38,348 nt of DNA from a virus. Taxonomy: Duplodnaviria > Caudoviricetes. The stretch is from positions 1 through 38,348 of the IMG/VR virus record IMGVR_UViG_3300048599_000736. One strand, 5' to 3'. The notes under the pieces were generated by a model. That model saw nothing but the letters and a program-made list of their open reading frames with translations. It searched no databases and was not told where the DNA came from. Position numbers and translations under genes: made by a program. Numbering within the stretch: the first letter of the stretch is position 1; every line of letters starts with the position of its first letter. This document shows, one piece after another, positions 1 to 7,865 of this stretch.

Positions 1-1314
1 TTAAGCGGCCCTCCGGGGTTCCGATCTGACGGTGCGCAGGTCGGCGACCAAATCTGTGAGCCCCGCTGTCCGCAACCGGATGTCGGCGCCGTCGGGGCTG
101 ACGTCGACCCGCTCCACGAGCAACTGCACGATCCGCGCCTGCTCGGCGGGGAACAGCTCATCCCAGAGGGGATCGAGCCGCTCCAGCGCCTCGCGGACGT
201 CGACCTCCGAGATTTCGCCCATCGATTTCGCTGCGCGCCATGTGCGCACGATAATCTCAGGGGTGCGCAGCAAGCCGCGCAACTGGTCGACGACCGCGCT
301 CTCGATCTCGGCCGCCGGAACCCGCCGCACGGTGCAAGCCTCGGCATCACGTTTCAGCACATCGGTGGAGACGTAATAGCGATAGAGCTTGCCGCCCTTG
401 CGCGTGTGGGCCGGCGTCATCGCCCTGCCGGTCGGCCCGAATATCAGGCCCTTGAGCAAAGCCGGCGTCTGAGCCCGGGTATGTGCGGCTCGTGCGCGCG
501 GGCTCTCGCGGAGAATCCCGTGCACCCGATCCCAGAGGGCGCGATCGATGATGGCCTGATGCTCGCCCGGATAGGCCGCGCCCTTGTGCACGGCCTCGCC
601 CACGTAGACCCGGTTGTTGAGCAGCTTATAGAGATAGCCTTTGTCGACCAGCTTGCCCCGCTTGCCAGTAATGCCTTCTGCCCTGAGCGCGCGCACCAGG
701 GTGGTTGCCGAGCCTATCTTGGTAAAGCGCTCGAAAATAATTCGAACGGTCGCCGCCTCGGCTTTGTTGATGACGAGCTTGCGGTCCTTGACGTCGTAGC
801 CGAGCGGAACGAAGCCTCCCATCCACATGCCCTTCTTGCGGGAGGCGGCAAACTTGTCGCGAATACGCTCGCCGATAACCTCGCGCTCGAACTGCGCGAA
901 GGAGAGCAGGATATTGAGCGTCAATCGTCCCATCGAGGTGGTGGTGTTGAATGACTGCGTGACGCTGACGAAAGTGACATTGTTGCGATCGAAGATTTCG
1001 ACGAGCTTGGAAAAATCCATCAGCGCGCGGCTGAGCCGATCGATTTTGTAAACCACGACCACGTCGACCCGCTGGGCCTCGATATCGGCAAGCAGTCGCT
1101 GCAGCGCCGGACGCTCGAGCGTTGCGCCGGAAATACCGCCGTCGTCGTAGCGGTCGGGAACAAGCAACCAGCCCTCAGCCTTTTGGCTTGCGATGTAGGA
1201 CTCGCAGGCTTCCCGCTGAGCGTCGAGTGAGTTGAACTCCTGCTCCAGGCCCTCTTCGCTGGACTTGCGGGTGTAGACCGCGCAGCGGAGCTTGCGGACG
1301 ACCGGCTTCTTCAT
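1..1314 (-). CDS. Large serine recombinase / integrase (resolvase + recombinase domains)
   Basis: N-terminal catalytic motif AVYTRKSS...SLDAQR, VVVYKIDRLSR, SFAQFEREVIGERIR, GFVPLGY, LLNNRVYVGE, HQAIID. Confidence 0.95.
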   Translation of the reverse strand: MKKPVVRKLRCAVYTRKSSEEGLEQEFNSLDAQREACESYIASQKAEGWLLVPDRYDDGGISGATLERPALQRLLADIEAQRVDVVVVYKIDRLSRALMDFSKLVEIFDRNNVTFVSVTQSFNTTTSMGRLTLNILLSFAQFEREVIGERIRDKFAASRKKGMWMGGFVPLGYDVKDRKLVINKAEAATVRIIFERFTKIGSATTLVRALRAEGITGKRGKLVDKGYLYKLLNNRVYVGEAVHKGAAYPGEHQAIIDRALWDRVHGILRESPRARAAHTRAQTPALLKGLIFGPTGRAMTPAHTRKGGKLYRYYVSTDVLKRDAEACTVRRVPAAEIESAVVDQLRGLLRTPEIIVRTWRAAKSMGEISEVDVREALERLDPLWDELFPAEQARIVQLLVERVDVSPDGADIRLRTAGLTDLVADLRTVRSEPRRAA

Positions 1315-1757
1315 GACGATGCCCGCCGATTCTTGAGGCCAAAAAAGAGGAGCCCATTCCAGCGCGTACCGGTGATCGCGCGCGCGATGGCGGAGAGCGA
1401 TTTGTACGGACGGCCTTGGTATTCAAAATCCTCGTCACGCACCGTGACGCAGTGCTCAACGCCCTGATACTCGCGAATGAGCCGCGTGCCGGCGATCGGG
1501 CGATCCTTGGCTGGTTGGCGACGTCGCGCTGGATCCCCGCCGTCGAGGTCTTCGGCGATGGCCGCGAGCCGCTCGATCGTCTCGCGCTTGAGCCCGCCGT
1601 AGGCCAATTCCTGGATGCGGTACGCGAGCCGGTGTTCGAGGAAGCGCCGGTTGTAGGGCGGCGGTTCGGTTTCGAAGAGATCGCGCCATTGCTGCTTGAG
1701 TTTGAGAATGGGAAGGGCGTTCAGGGCCGCCACCCGCGCCAGAACTGTATCGGTCAA
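1311..1757 (-). CDS. DUF2924 family protein (candidate integrase accessory / directionality factor)
   Basis: LKQQWRDLF...LAYRIQELAYGGL...GTRLIREYQG...YKSLSAIARAITGTRWNG signature. TTG start, 4-bp overlaps with both neighbours. Confidence 0.85.
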   Translation of the reverse strand: MTDTVLARVAALNALPILKLKQQWRDLFETEPPPYNRRFLEHRLAYRIQELAYGGLKRETIERLAAIAEDLDGGDPARRRQPAKDRPIAGTRLIREYQGVEHCVTVRDEDFEYQGRPYKSLSAIARAITGTRWNGLLFFGLKNRRASS

Positions 1758-1963
1758 TCCGAGCCTCCATGAGCCTTGAGGGCGTCGGCATGACCGCTCT
1801 GGTGGCCGGCACAGTCGAGCGAACTTTCTCCGGAGTGGGCAGATAAAGGTGTGGACTTCCGCGCCTTCAACCGCATGAGGCCGGCCGCCAAAATCTCGGC
1901 GATCTCGTCGAGCCGCTCGGCGGCGGAAAGGCGTTCTGGATCAATCGGATTCGGGAGTTGCAT
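1754..1963 (-). CDS. Small conserved protein, first gene of the integrase operon
   Basis: 69 aa PNPIDPERLSAAERLDEIAEILAAGLMRL, typical of DUF2924/recombinase operons. Stop overlaps the DUF2924 start. Confidence 0.7.
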   Translation of the reverse strand: MQLPNPIDPERLSAAERLDEIAEILAAGLMRLKARKSTPLSAHSGESSLDCAGHQSGHADALKAHGGSD

Positions 1964-1999
1964 CGCAAGCCTTGGATTGGGGGCACCCTCCCCAGGCCT

Positions 2000-2026
2000 C
2001 TACCCACGGGGCTCATAATCCGTCCC
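2000..2026 (-). promoter_or_regulatory. Putative phage-sigma promoter for the excision operon (GGGACGG-N14-GGGTAG)
   Basis: Minus strand reads GGGACGG ATTATGAGCCCCGT GGGTAG, ending 37 nt before the ATG at 1963. Same motif and spacing at 4974 and 13932. Confidence 0.75.
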
Positions 2027-2069
2027 AAAACGATGGTTTTGAATCGACTCTCGGCCGAATCGAGCTTAA

Positions 2070-2084
2070 GAACGTAAAGTGAAC
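2070..2084 (+). promoter_or_regulatory. Alphaproteobacterial LexA (SOS) box GAAC-N7-GAAC
   Basis: GAAC GTAAAGT GAAC just upstream of the first rightward gene. Overlaps a possible sigma70 promoter TCGACT(2044)-N17-TAAGAA(2067). Confidence 0.8.
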
Positions 2085-2112
2085 GAGCATGAGGCAGATA
2101 TGGGCGGCTGAG

Positions 2113-3357
2113 ATGGCCAAAAACCTGAAGAAGTTCGTCAATCCGAAGTTCACGAGGACAACCGACCTCGGCCTTCTCCGCCGGCTCCTGGAGCGCCACC
2201 AGGCCGACCTCCACGGGTTCGACCTCGCTGTATTCGGGCGGCAGCCCGACGAGGCGCGCTGTACGATTCAGAACTTCTTTGCAGGCCCCGAGGACAATTA
2301 TCCCGAGGGCCTGGTCGCCGATCTCCATCGCATCGCCGAACTCGGCAATGCCAACGGGCTGCAACTTCTTTTAGAACAAGCTCGGCGGCGCGGCGTGCAG
2401 ATCGCCCCTGCCGACGACCGCGACGATACTGCGGAGGCGAAGCAGGACCCGAAGCACGTCGCGCTCAGAATGTTTCTGGATCAGCCAGCGGTATTTGACG
2501 CCGCGGCCGATATGCTGAGCTATACGACCCTATCCTCCTTCACCGAGTTCGCGGGCGGTGAAGAGGGGATCGAGGCGCAAATCGACGACGAGACTCGACA
2601 AGCCTTTCAGCGTGAAGCCGAGCGTCTCTTCGAGGCCGACCTTCGTGGACGCTATTGCCGGGTCGGATGGTACGACGATGACGACGAGATCAATGTTGTC
2701 GTCACCCATGGCGCGCCGCTGAAGACGACCGAAATCATCGAGGCTGGCGCCGATCGCGTGATCAGCTTCCGGGAGGCCGAGCACGCGGTTCTGTCCTATG
2801 CCGCAACCACCGGTCGGCTGAAGGTTGGCGGTTTCGCCAAAGCGCGTCGCGCGGAGCTTGCCGAGATTTTTGCGGCCTCGATGCTCAAGCGGCCCCGGTT
2901 CTTCGCGGCTCCCGACGCCCAGAACCTCTACACTCTGGTGCCGGTCGAGCGTGCCGGCTTCGGATTCACCTTCAATCACGCATTCGATCCCGGCATCCGC
3001 CGTGTGCAGATTGTCGAGGTTCAGGCGGACCGCCTCGGCACCGACCCGCGGTCCGGCGAGACGCGCACATTCTGGTCCCATGTGACCCGCGATGGCCGTG
3101 ACAATGCGCTCGCGCGATTGGGCGAGGGGACGCGCGGCATTACTTTCGGGGCCGATTGGCGGCTTAACCACATGGTTATCCGTGCGCACATCGATGTCGG
3201 TGGATCAAAACCGGCACGAGTGACGGTGAAGCTCAAGCCGCCCGACACGGCGATGTTCAAGCGCCATCGTTTCGAGGGGCGCATCATGGCGCTCTTGCGC
3301 CGCAATGGACTCGTCAATGACAGACTGCCTGGCAAGGCTGCTGTTGCGGCTGAGTGA
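2113..3357 (+). CDS. Hypothetical protein (~414 aa), first gene of the SOS-box-controlled regulatory operon
   Basis: Long ORF with typical coding pattern. ATG at 2113 (MAKNLKKFVNPKF), alternative ATG at 2089. No recognisable catalytic motif. Confidence 0.8.
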   Translation: MAKNLKKFVNPKFTRTTDLGLLRRLLERHQADLHGFDLAVFGRQPDEARCTIQNFFAGPEDNYPEGLVADLHRIAELGNANGLQLLLEQARRRGVQIAPADDRDDTAEAKQDPKHVALRMFLDQPAVFDAAADMLSYTTLSSFTEFAGGEEGIEAQIDDETRQAFQREAERLFEADLRGRYCRVGWYDDDDEINVVVTHGAPLKTTEIIEAGADRVISFREAEHAVLSYAATTGRLKVGGFAKARRAELAEIFAASMLKRPRFFAAPDAQNLYTLVPVERAGFGFTFNHAFDPGIRRVQIVEVQADRLGTDPRSGETRTFWSHVTRDGRDNALARLGEGTRGITFGADWRLNHMVIRAHIDVGGSKPARVTVKLKPPDTAMFKRHRFEGRIMALLRRNGLVNDRLPGKAAVAAE

Positions 3358-4294
3358 GGCGGGCGAACCCGCAATACTCTGGGGACGCCAGGCCAAGCCC
3401 TATCTCGGCCGGGATTTTGAGCGTCTTATCGGCCAAGGCATCCTCGTCGAGGACGCACCGGCGACCGAGTGGGATGTCTGCTCTTCGTGCGAGTGCGATC
3501 TCGACGTTCGCCCGATCCAGCAGATCGATGGCCGTCATGTCGCGGCCTGTCCACTCGATCAAAAGAGCGACCTCATCTTGGATGCAGAAGATCTGAGGAG
3601 CTTTCGCATCGGCGTTCTTGCGCTCGTGCGCGAGATTGCGTCTGCCTCTGGCTTCTCGAACGAACCCTCGGAAACCGCAGCCGGTATCTGGAATTTGGGC
3701 CTAACGCCATCAAAGCGAGCCGCCTTCCTCGCACCATCGAGGACGGCGGCATTGCAGCCGGGTCTTGTCGGGGCGCTTCGAATGATCGCTCGGTCTTCGC
3801 CGATCACGATGATTGCGCCGGCATTATCGGCAGCCGAGCAACTGCGCTTCGCTGAAGCGGAAATCCACTTGGTCACGGTGGGTGATGTGATCGCTCCAGG
3901 CGACGGCACCATGCCGTTCGCGATCGACCTGGCGAAGCTGGAGTCGCCGTCGGCATTAGCTCCGCGCCTCGTCATCGTCCGATCGGCAAAATCCGTAATG
4001 CTCGATGGTGTCTCCCGCGCGCTCTCCGACCAGTCGTTCGAACTTCTTTGCCTGCTTGCTGAGCGGGCGTCGACCGATAATCCTTTCGCCTCAACTCGTG
4101 ATGTCGAAGCCCGGATCTGGGGCGACTCCATTCATCGAGTCTCACGCGCCGCTCGCGATGTCGTTCGAGAGCTTCGTGATGCGCTCGCAGCGGACGTTTC
4201 AGAACCCAATGCAGTTCGCCAGCTCATCGAGAACAAACGCAATCGCGGCTGGCGTCTGACGCTGACGGCGGACAAGATTGACCTCCGCGCCTGA
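3317..4294 (+). CDS. Putative transcriptional activator: N-terminal Cys cluster plus C-terminal OmpR-like winged helix
   Basis: CSSCEC...ACP cluster. C-terminal LSDQSFELLCLLAE...VEARIWG...RDVVRELRDAL...LIENKRNRGWRL matches a Trans_reg_C-type wHTH. Overlaps the upstream gene by 41 bp. Confidence 0.75.
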   Translation: MTDCLARLLLRLSEAGEPAILWGRQAKPYLGRDFERLIGQGILVEDAPATEWDVCSSCECDLDVRPIQQIDGRHVAACPLDQKSDLILDAEDLRSFRIGVLALVREIASASGFSNEPSETAAGIWNLGLTPSKRAAFLAPSRTAALQPGLVGALRMIARSSPITMIAPALSAAEQLRFAEAEIHLVTVGDVIAPGDGTMPFAIDLAKLESPSALAPRLVIVRSAKSVMLDGVSRALSDQSFELLCLLAERASTDNPFASTRDVEARIWGDSIHRVSRAARDVVRELRDALAADVSEPNAVRQLIENKRNRGWRLTLTADKIDLRA

Positions 4295-4305
4295 CACCAA
4301 GCTCT

Positions 4306-4343
4306 CCCACACTTCCCCCACGACATCCCCACGCCAAGCCCAC
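4306..4343 (+). repeat. Four CCCAC direct repeats with exact 11-bp period (putative wHTH operator)
   Basis: CCCAC at 4306, 4317, 4328 and 4339, between the wHTH gene and the sigma gene. Confidence 0.8.
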
Positions 4344-4405
4344 CAAGCGGGGCGGGGCGGTCGGCATCCTGCGGTCATCAACAGCGATGACCGAGGCCTT
4401 GACCG

Positions 4406-4975
4406 ATGTCGATTTTCCGATCCGATCTGCAGATCGTCCAGCATGAAGCCGACATTGCGGCCCGCCGCCTGATCCGCCAGCTGCGTCTTCCCTACGACGA
4501 TCTCGCCGACCTTCGTCAGGAGTTCCTTCTCGACCTGTTTGCTCGTCTCTCCGCCTTCGATTCCGAGCGCGGTTCGCTCGGCGCGTTCGCCGGTATTGTC
4601 ATGACGAACAGGGCGACCCGAATCGCGCACAAAGTGAAACGCGACCGCCGGCTCTATGGCGCCGTGCCGGCCTCACTCGACGCAACCTTGCCCGATAGCG
4701 ACGGCGCCACGCGCGGCGATCTCGTTGCCGAAGAGGACGGTCTCGCGGCCTACCTCGGTCAGCGGGTGGGCGCTTTCGCCGAGGTCGAGCACCGACTCGA
4801 CGTCGAGCGTGGCCTCGGCACCCTCGATCCGAATGACGGCGCCCTCTGCGCCGCGCTTTCCAGGACGACCATCGATCGGCTTGCGCGCGGTGGTCGTGGG
4901 GCACGGAGCAGCCTCTATCGCCGCGTGAAAGACATCCGTCTCGCTTTGCTCGCCGTCGGCCTGAGGGCCGCGTGA
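4406..4975 (+). CDS. Sigma-70/ECF-like RNA polymerase sigma factor
   Basis: Region 2-like DLRQEFLLDLFARLSAFDSERGSLGAFAGIVMTNRA and C-terminal HTH TIDRLARGGRGARSSLYRRVKDIRLAL; 189 aa. Confidence 0.7.
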   Translation: MSIFRSDLQIVQHEADIAARRLIRQLRLPYDDLADLRQEFLLDLFARLSAFDSERGSLGAFAGIVMTNRATRIAHKVKRDRRLYGAVPASLDATLPDSDGATRGDLVAEEDGLAAYLGQRVGAFAEVEHRLDVERGLGTLDPNDGALCAALSRTTIDRLARGGRGARSSLYRRVKDIRLALLAVGLRAA

Positions 4976-5000
4976 GACGGTTCAGCCGCGTGGCGAGTAG
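4974..5000 (+). promoter_or_regulatory. Putative phage-sigma promoter for the replication operon (GAGACGG-N14-GAGTAG)
   Basis: GAGACGG TTCAGCCGCGTGGC GAGTAG, overlapping the sigma gene stop and ending 10 nt before the ATG at 5010. Confidence 0.75.
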
Positions 5001-5009
5001 GAGCCAATC

Positions 5010-5351
5010 ATGATCAGCACCATCACCAAGCTACCGAGCGTCCGTCTGCGGATCAACGAAACCGACCTGTGCGGCTGGATTGGGCAGGCGGCTCCCGGCG
5101 ATGTCCTGGAGTATTACCGCGGCTTTCTCGCACTGGACACGTTTTCGCATGGGACGCGCCTTCCCGAGCGCGACCGCGCGGAGCTCACCCGACTGGCGCG
5201 CCGCGCCTGGTGGGCCGGCGAGCAGAAGCTGATCCACCTCGTTCAGCGCCGCCACGGTCCCGACGACTACAGCTATCTCGCCATCGCGCGCTCGAAGCCG
5301 AAGACGGTTCCGGCCTCGCTGTCATCGCTGCTGTTGGCGGAGGTCGCGTGA
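5010..5351 (+). CDS. Conserved phage hypothetical protein
   Basis: LCGWIGQAAPGDVLEYYRGFL...LIHLVQRR...YSYLAIAR; GGAG upstream; first gene of the replication operon. Confidence 0.75.
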   Translation: MISTITKLPSVRLRINETDLCGWIGQAAPGDVLEYYRGFLALDTFSHGTRLPERDRAELTRLARRAWWAGEQKLIHLVQRRHGPDDYSYLAIARSKPKTVPASLSSLLLAEVA

Positions 5352-5409
5352 TGGGCCCGCACCTCGCCAAGCCGAGATTTCACCTCAGCATCAACGAAGA
5401 GGTTTCCCG

Positions 5410-5703
5410 ATGACCACATCAGTTGCAGTGACCGCGCTGCGCAAGCGCCACATCTGGCTCGAAGCGCTGCCGGACATCATTGCCATTCCGGCGCTCGAAG
5501 CGCGGCAGCGTGAGGCCTGCGTCAAAGCGATGGAGGATGCCACGCTCGACGACGTCGCGTTCGCGATGCTGGTGACGGAGGCGGAATTCAATGCCGTCGG
5601 CGACCGGCTGCATGCGTTGCGCAAACTCTACGGTCTTGCCCGGCAGGCCGGTGCGCTCGGCGCCGACCGCGCGGTCGATGCGATCTCCGAGGGAGGCCGC
5701 TGA
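5410..5703 (+). CDS. Hypothetical protein
   Basis: 97 aa, GAGG RBS, TGATG overlap with the next gene. Confidence 0.7.
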   Translation: MTTSVAVTALRKRHIWLEALPDIIAIPALEARQREACVKAMEDATLDDVAFAMLVTEAEFNAVGDRLHALRKLYGLARQAGALGADRAVDAISEGGR

Positions 5704-6536
5704 TGGCACTGCGCATCATCACGGTCGATCAGCGGCTCGCCGAGGCCCACACCAAGACCACGATGGCGATCTTCGGACCTTCCGGTGTGGGCAAGACCTC
5801 GCTGCTCAAGACCCTGCCACCGGCGGAGACGCTCTGCATCGATCTGGAAGCGGGCATGAAGTCGGTCCAGGACTGGCCCGGCGACAGCATTCCCGTTCGC
5901 AGCTTCGCCGATGCTCTCGATGTCGCCTGCCTGGTCGGCGGCGTCGATCCGGCAGCCGACGAGAAGACCTTCTTCTGCGAAAGCCATTACCGGCATCTCG
6001 GCGACACCTATCCCGACCTCGTCCGCATGATCGCGGGCAAGCGCATCATCTTTGTGGACTCCATCACCGATCTCACGCGGCTCGCCATGGCCTGGGCAAA
6101 GACGCGGCCGGAAGCGCAGTCGGAGCGGACCGGCAAGCCTGACACCCGCGGCGCTTACGGCCTGCTCGCGCGCGAAACCATCGGGCTCCTCAAGCACCTG
6201 CAACATGTGCCGGGCCGCACCGTGATTTTCGTCGGGATTCTGGACCGCGTCACCGACGAGTTCAACCGCATCACCTGGCAGCCGCAGATGGAGGGCGGCA
6301 AGGCCGCCCGCGAGCTCCCCGGCATCGTCGATCAGGTGATCTCCATGAGCCGGTTTACGGCGGACGGCGACACCTGGCGTCACGAGCCCGATCGCGGCGA
6401 GGTGCGCCGCCTCGTCTGCCAGTCGGCCAATCCGTTCGGCCTGCCGGGCAAGGATCGCTCCGGCCGCCTCGACCTCACCGAGCCGCCCGACCTCGGCGCG
6501 CTGCTCCGCAAGATCAACCAGACCAGCAGAGGATGA
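5703..6536 (+). CDS. AAA_24 / Sak4-like phage ATPase (recombinase-type)
   Basis: Walker A GPSGVGKT, IDLEAG, Walker B IIFVDSIT, ELPGIVDQV, GKDRSGRL. Confidence 0.85.
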   Translation: MALRIITVDQRLAEAHTKTTMAIFGPSGVGKTSLLKTLPPAETLCIDLEAGMKSVQDWPGDSIPVRSFADALDVACLVGGVDPAADEKTFFCESHYRHLGDTYPDLVRMIAGKRIIFVDSITDLTRLAMAWAKTRPEAQSERTGKPDTRGAYGLLARETIGLLKHLQHVPGRTVIFVGILDRVTDEFNRITWQPQMEGGKAARELPGIVDQVISMSRFTADGDTWRHEPDRGEVRRLVCQSANPFGLPGKDRSGRLDLTEPPDLGALLRKINQTSRG

Positions 6537-7279
6537 CCACCATGTTCGACATGAACGATGCCGAGCCGCAGAAGACCGGCGAACTCATTCCCGACGGCAC
6601 CTTCGCCAAGGTGACCATGATCGTCCGCCCGGGCGGGATCGACGGCCAGAGCGAGATCGACCAGGCCCTGCTCAAGGCGCCCAAGGATCCCACCAGCGAC
6701 GTGCGGATGCTCGACTGCGAGTTCACCGTGGCGGAGGGGCCGCATGCCAAGCGCAAGTTCTGGCAGATGTTCACGGTCCAGGGCGGCAAGGTCGACGAGA
6801 ACGGCGTCTCGATCGCCTGGAAGATTTCGAAGAGCACCTTCCGCGCCATGATCGATAGCGCGCTCGACCTCGACCCGCAGGATATGAGCGAGGCGGCGAA
6901 GCAGAAACGCGTCCTGCGCGGACTTGCCGATCTCTCGGGCATCGCCTTCGTCGCCAAGATCAGGATCGAGGCCAGCGAGGACTCCCGCTACGGCGACCAG
7001 AACCGCCTCGACCGCGTGGTGCTGCCGACCGAGAAGGAGTGGAAGCTCATCATGGACGGCAAGGACGTGCCGGCAAGCCCAAGTCGCTCGCGTGGGGCCG
7101 GCGGCAAAGCCGCTGCCGTGCAGCCAGCCTGGAACCAGGCCACGGGACCGGGTGGACAGCCGGCTGCCGCGCAACCGCGATCTCCGCAGACGTCCGGCGC
7201 GCCCGCCTGGTCGCAACCGTCATCCGGCACTGGCACACCGGCAGCAAAGTCGGCGGGTCCGGCTTGGCTCAACGGTTGA
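6533..7279 (+). CDS. SSB-like (DUF669-type) single-stranded DNA-binding protein
   Basis: Follows the Sak4-like ATPase. LIPDGT...LDCEFTVAEGPHAKRKFW...FVAKIRIE...NRL core with a low-complexity P/A/Q tail. Confidence 0.7.
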   Translation: MTTMFDMNDAEPQKTGELIPDGTFAKVTMIVRPGGIDGQSEIDQALLKAPKDPTSDVRMLDCEFTVAEGPHAKRKFWQMFTVQGGKVDENGVSIAWKISKSTFRAMIDSALDLDPQDMSEAAKQKRVLRGLADLSGIAFVAKIRIEASEDSRYGDQNRLDRVVLPTEKEWKLIMDGKDVPASPSRSRGAGGKAAAVQPAWNQATGPGGQPAAAQPRSPQTSGAPAWSQPSSGTGTPAAKSAGPAWLNG

Positions 7280-7282
7280 GCC

Positions 7283-7516
7283 ATGACCGACGACGAGTGG
7301 CAGGCGCACGTCACGCATGAAGCGGCCAAGGCGATCGGCGAATGGCTCGAAGGAAGAGGACGGCTTCACCAGCCAATCCGCTCTTTGACCATGCCCGAGA
7401 TCGAGGCCATGGCGCAGAACGCCATCAGCCGATTCATCGTGCTGGCGTCGCACCGGATCGCGGAGGCACCCGACCAGCCCGGGTCGCAGAAGCTCTCGAT
7501 GCTGCTGTTGGGCTGA
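7283..7516 (+). CDS. Hypothetical protein
   Basis: 77 aa, in operon, compact helical sequence. Confidence 0.7.
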   Translation: MTDDEWQAHVTHEAAKAIGEWLEGRGRLHQPIRSLTMPEIEAMAQNAISRFIVLASHRIAEAPDQPGSQKLSMLLLG

Positions 7517-7857
7517 GAGCCTGCACCCTCTGCAGTCGCGAAGCTCGCGGCTTCTACTACACCCACCAGCTGCGTCCCGACCGCTACCCGACTTTCGCCT
7601 TCTGCTCGCTGCGCTGCCTCAATGCCGGCGCCGCCATCGCTAAGAGGAACCACGGCGTGATCGACAAGACCGAGTTGGAGATACAAGCGATCAAGGCGGC
7701 GCGGCGCAATTTTGCGGAGGTGCTGACCGAGCTCGGACTGATGGCGCCGTTCCACGACCGAACGCCCGAAGAGATCGATCGCATCATCGAGGCCTGCATC
7801 GACGGCTTCCAGAACGCCATGCGCCGCGAAACGCTCAACGACGATATTCCATTTTGA
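7513..7857 (+). CDS. DUF6511-like protein with N-terminal Cys4 finger and C-terminal DDIPF tail
   Basis: CTLC...FCSLRC then IDKTELE...NDDIPF. Start is either CTG 7513 (overlapping the upstream stop) or GTG 7657 (GAGGA RBS). Confidence 0.7.
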   Translation: MRACTLCSREARGFYYTHQLRPDRYPTFAFCSLRCLNAGAAIAKRNHGVIDKTELEIQAIKAARRNFAEVLTELGLMAPFHDRTPEEIDRIIEACIDGFQNAMRRETLNDDIPF

Positions 7858-7865
7858 GGCCGGTC

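Noticed and set aside
4278-4472. 64-aa ORF across the CCCAC array
   Set aside because: Low-complexity translation of regulatory DNA, overlapping both neighbours, with no RBS.
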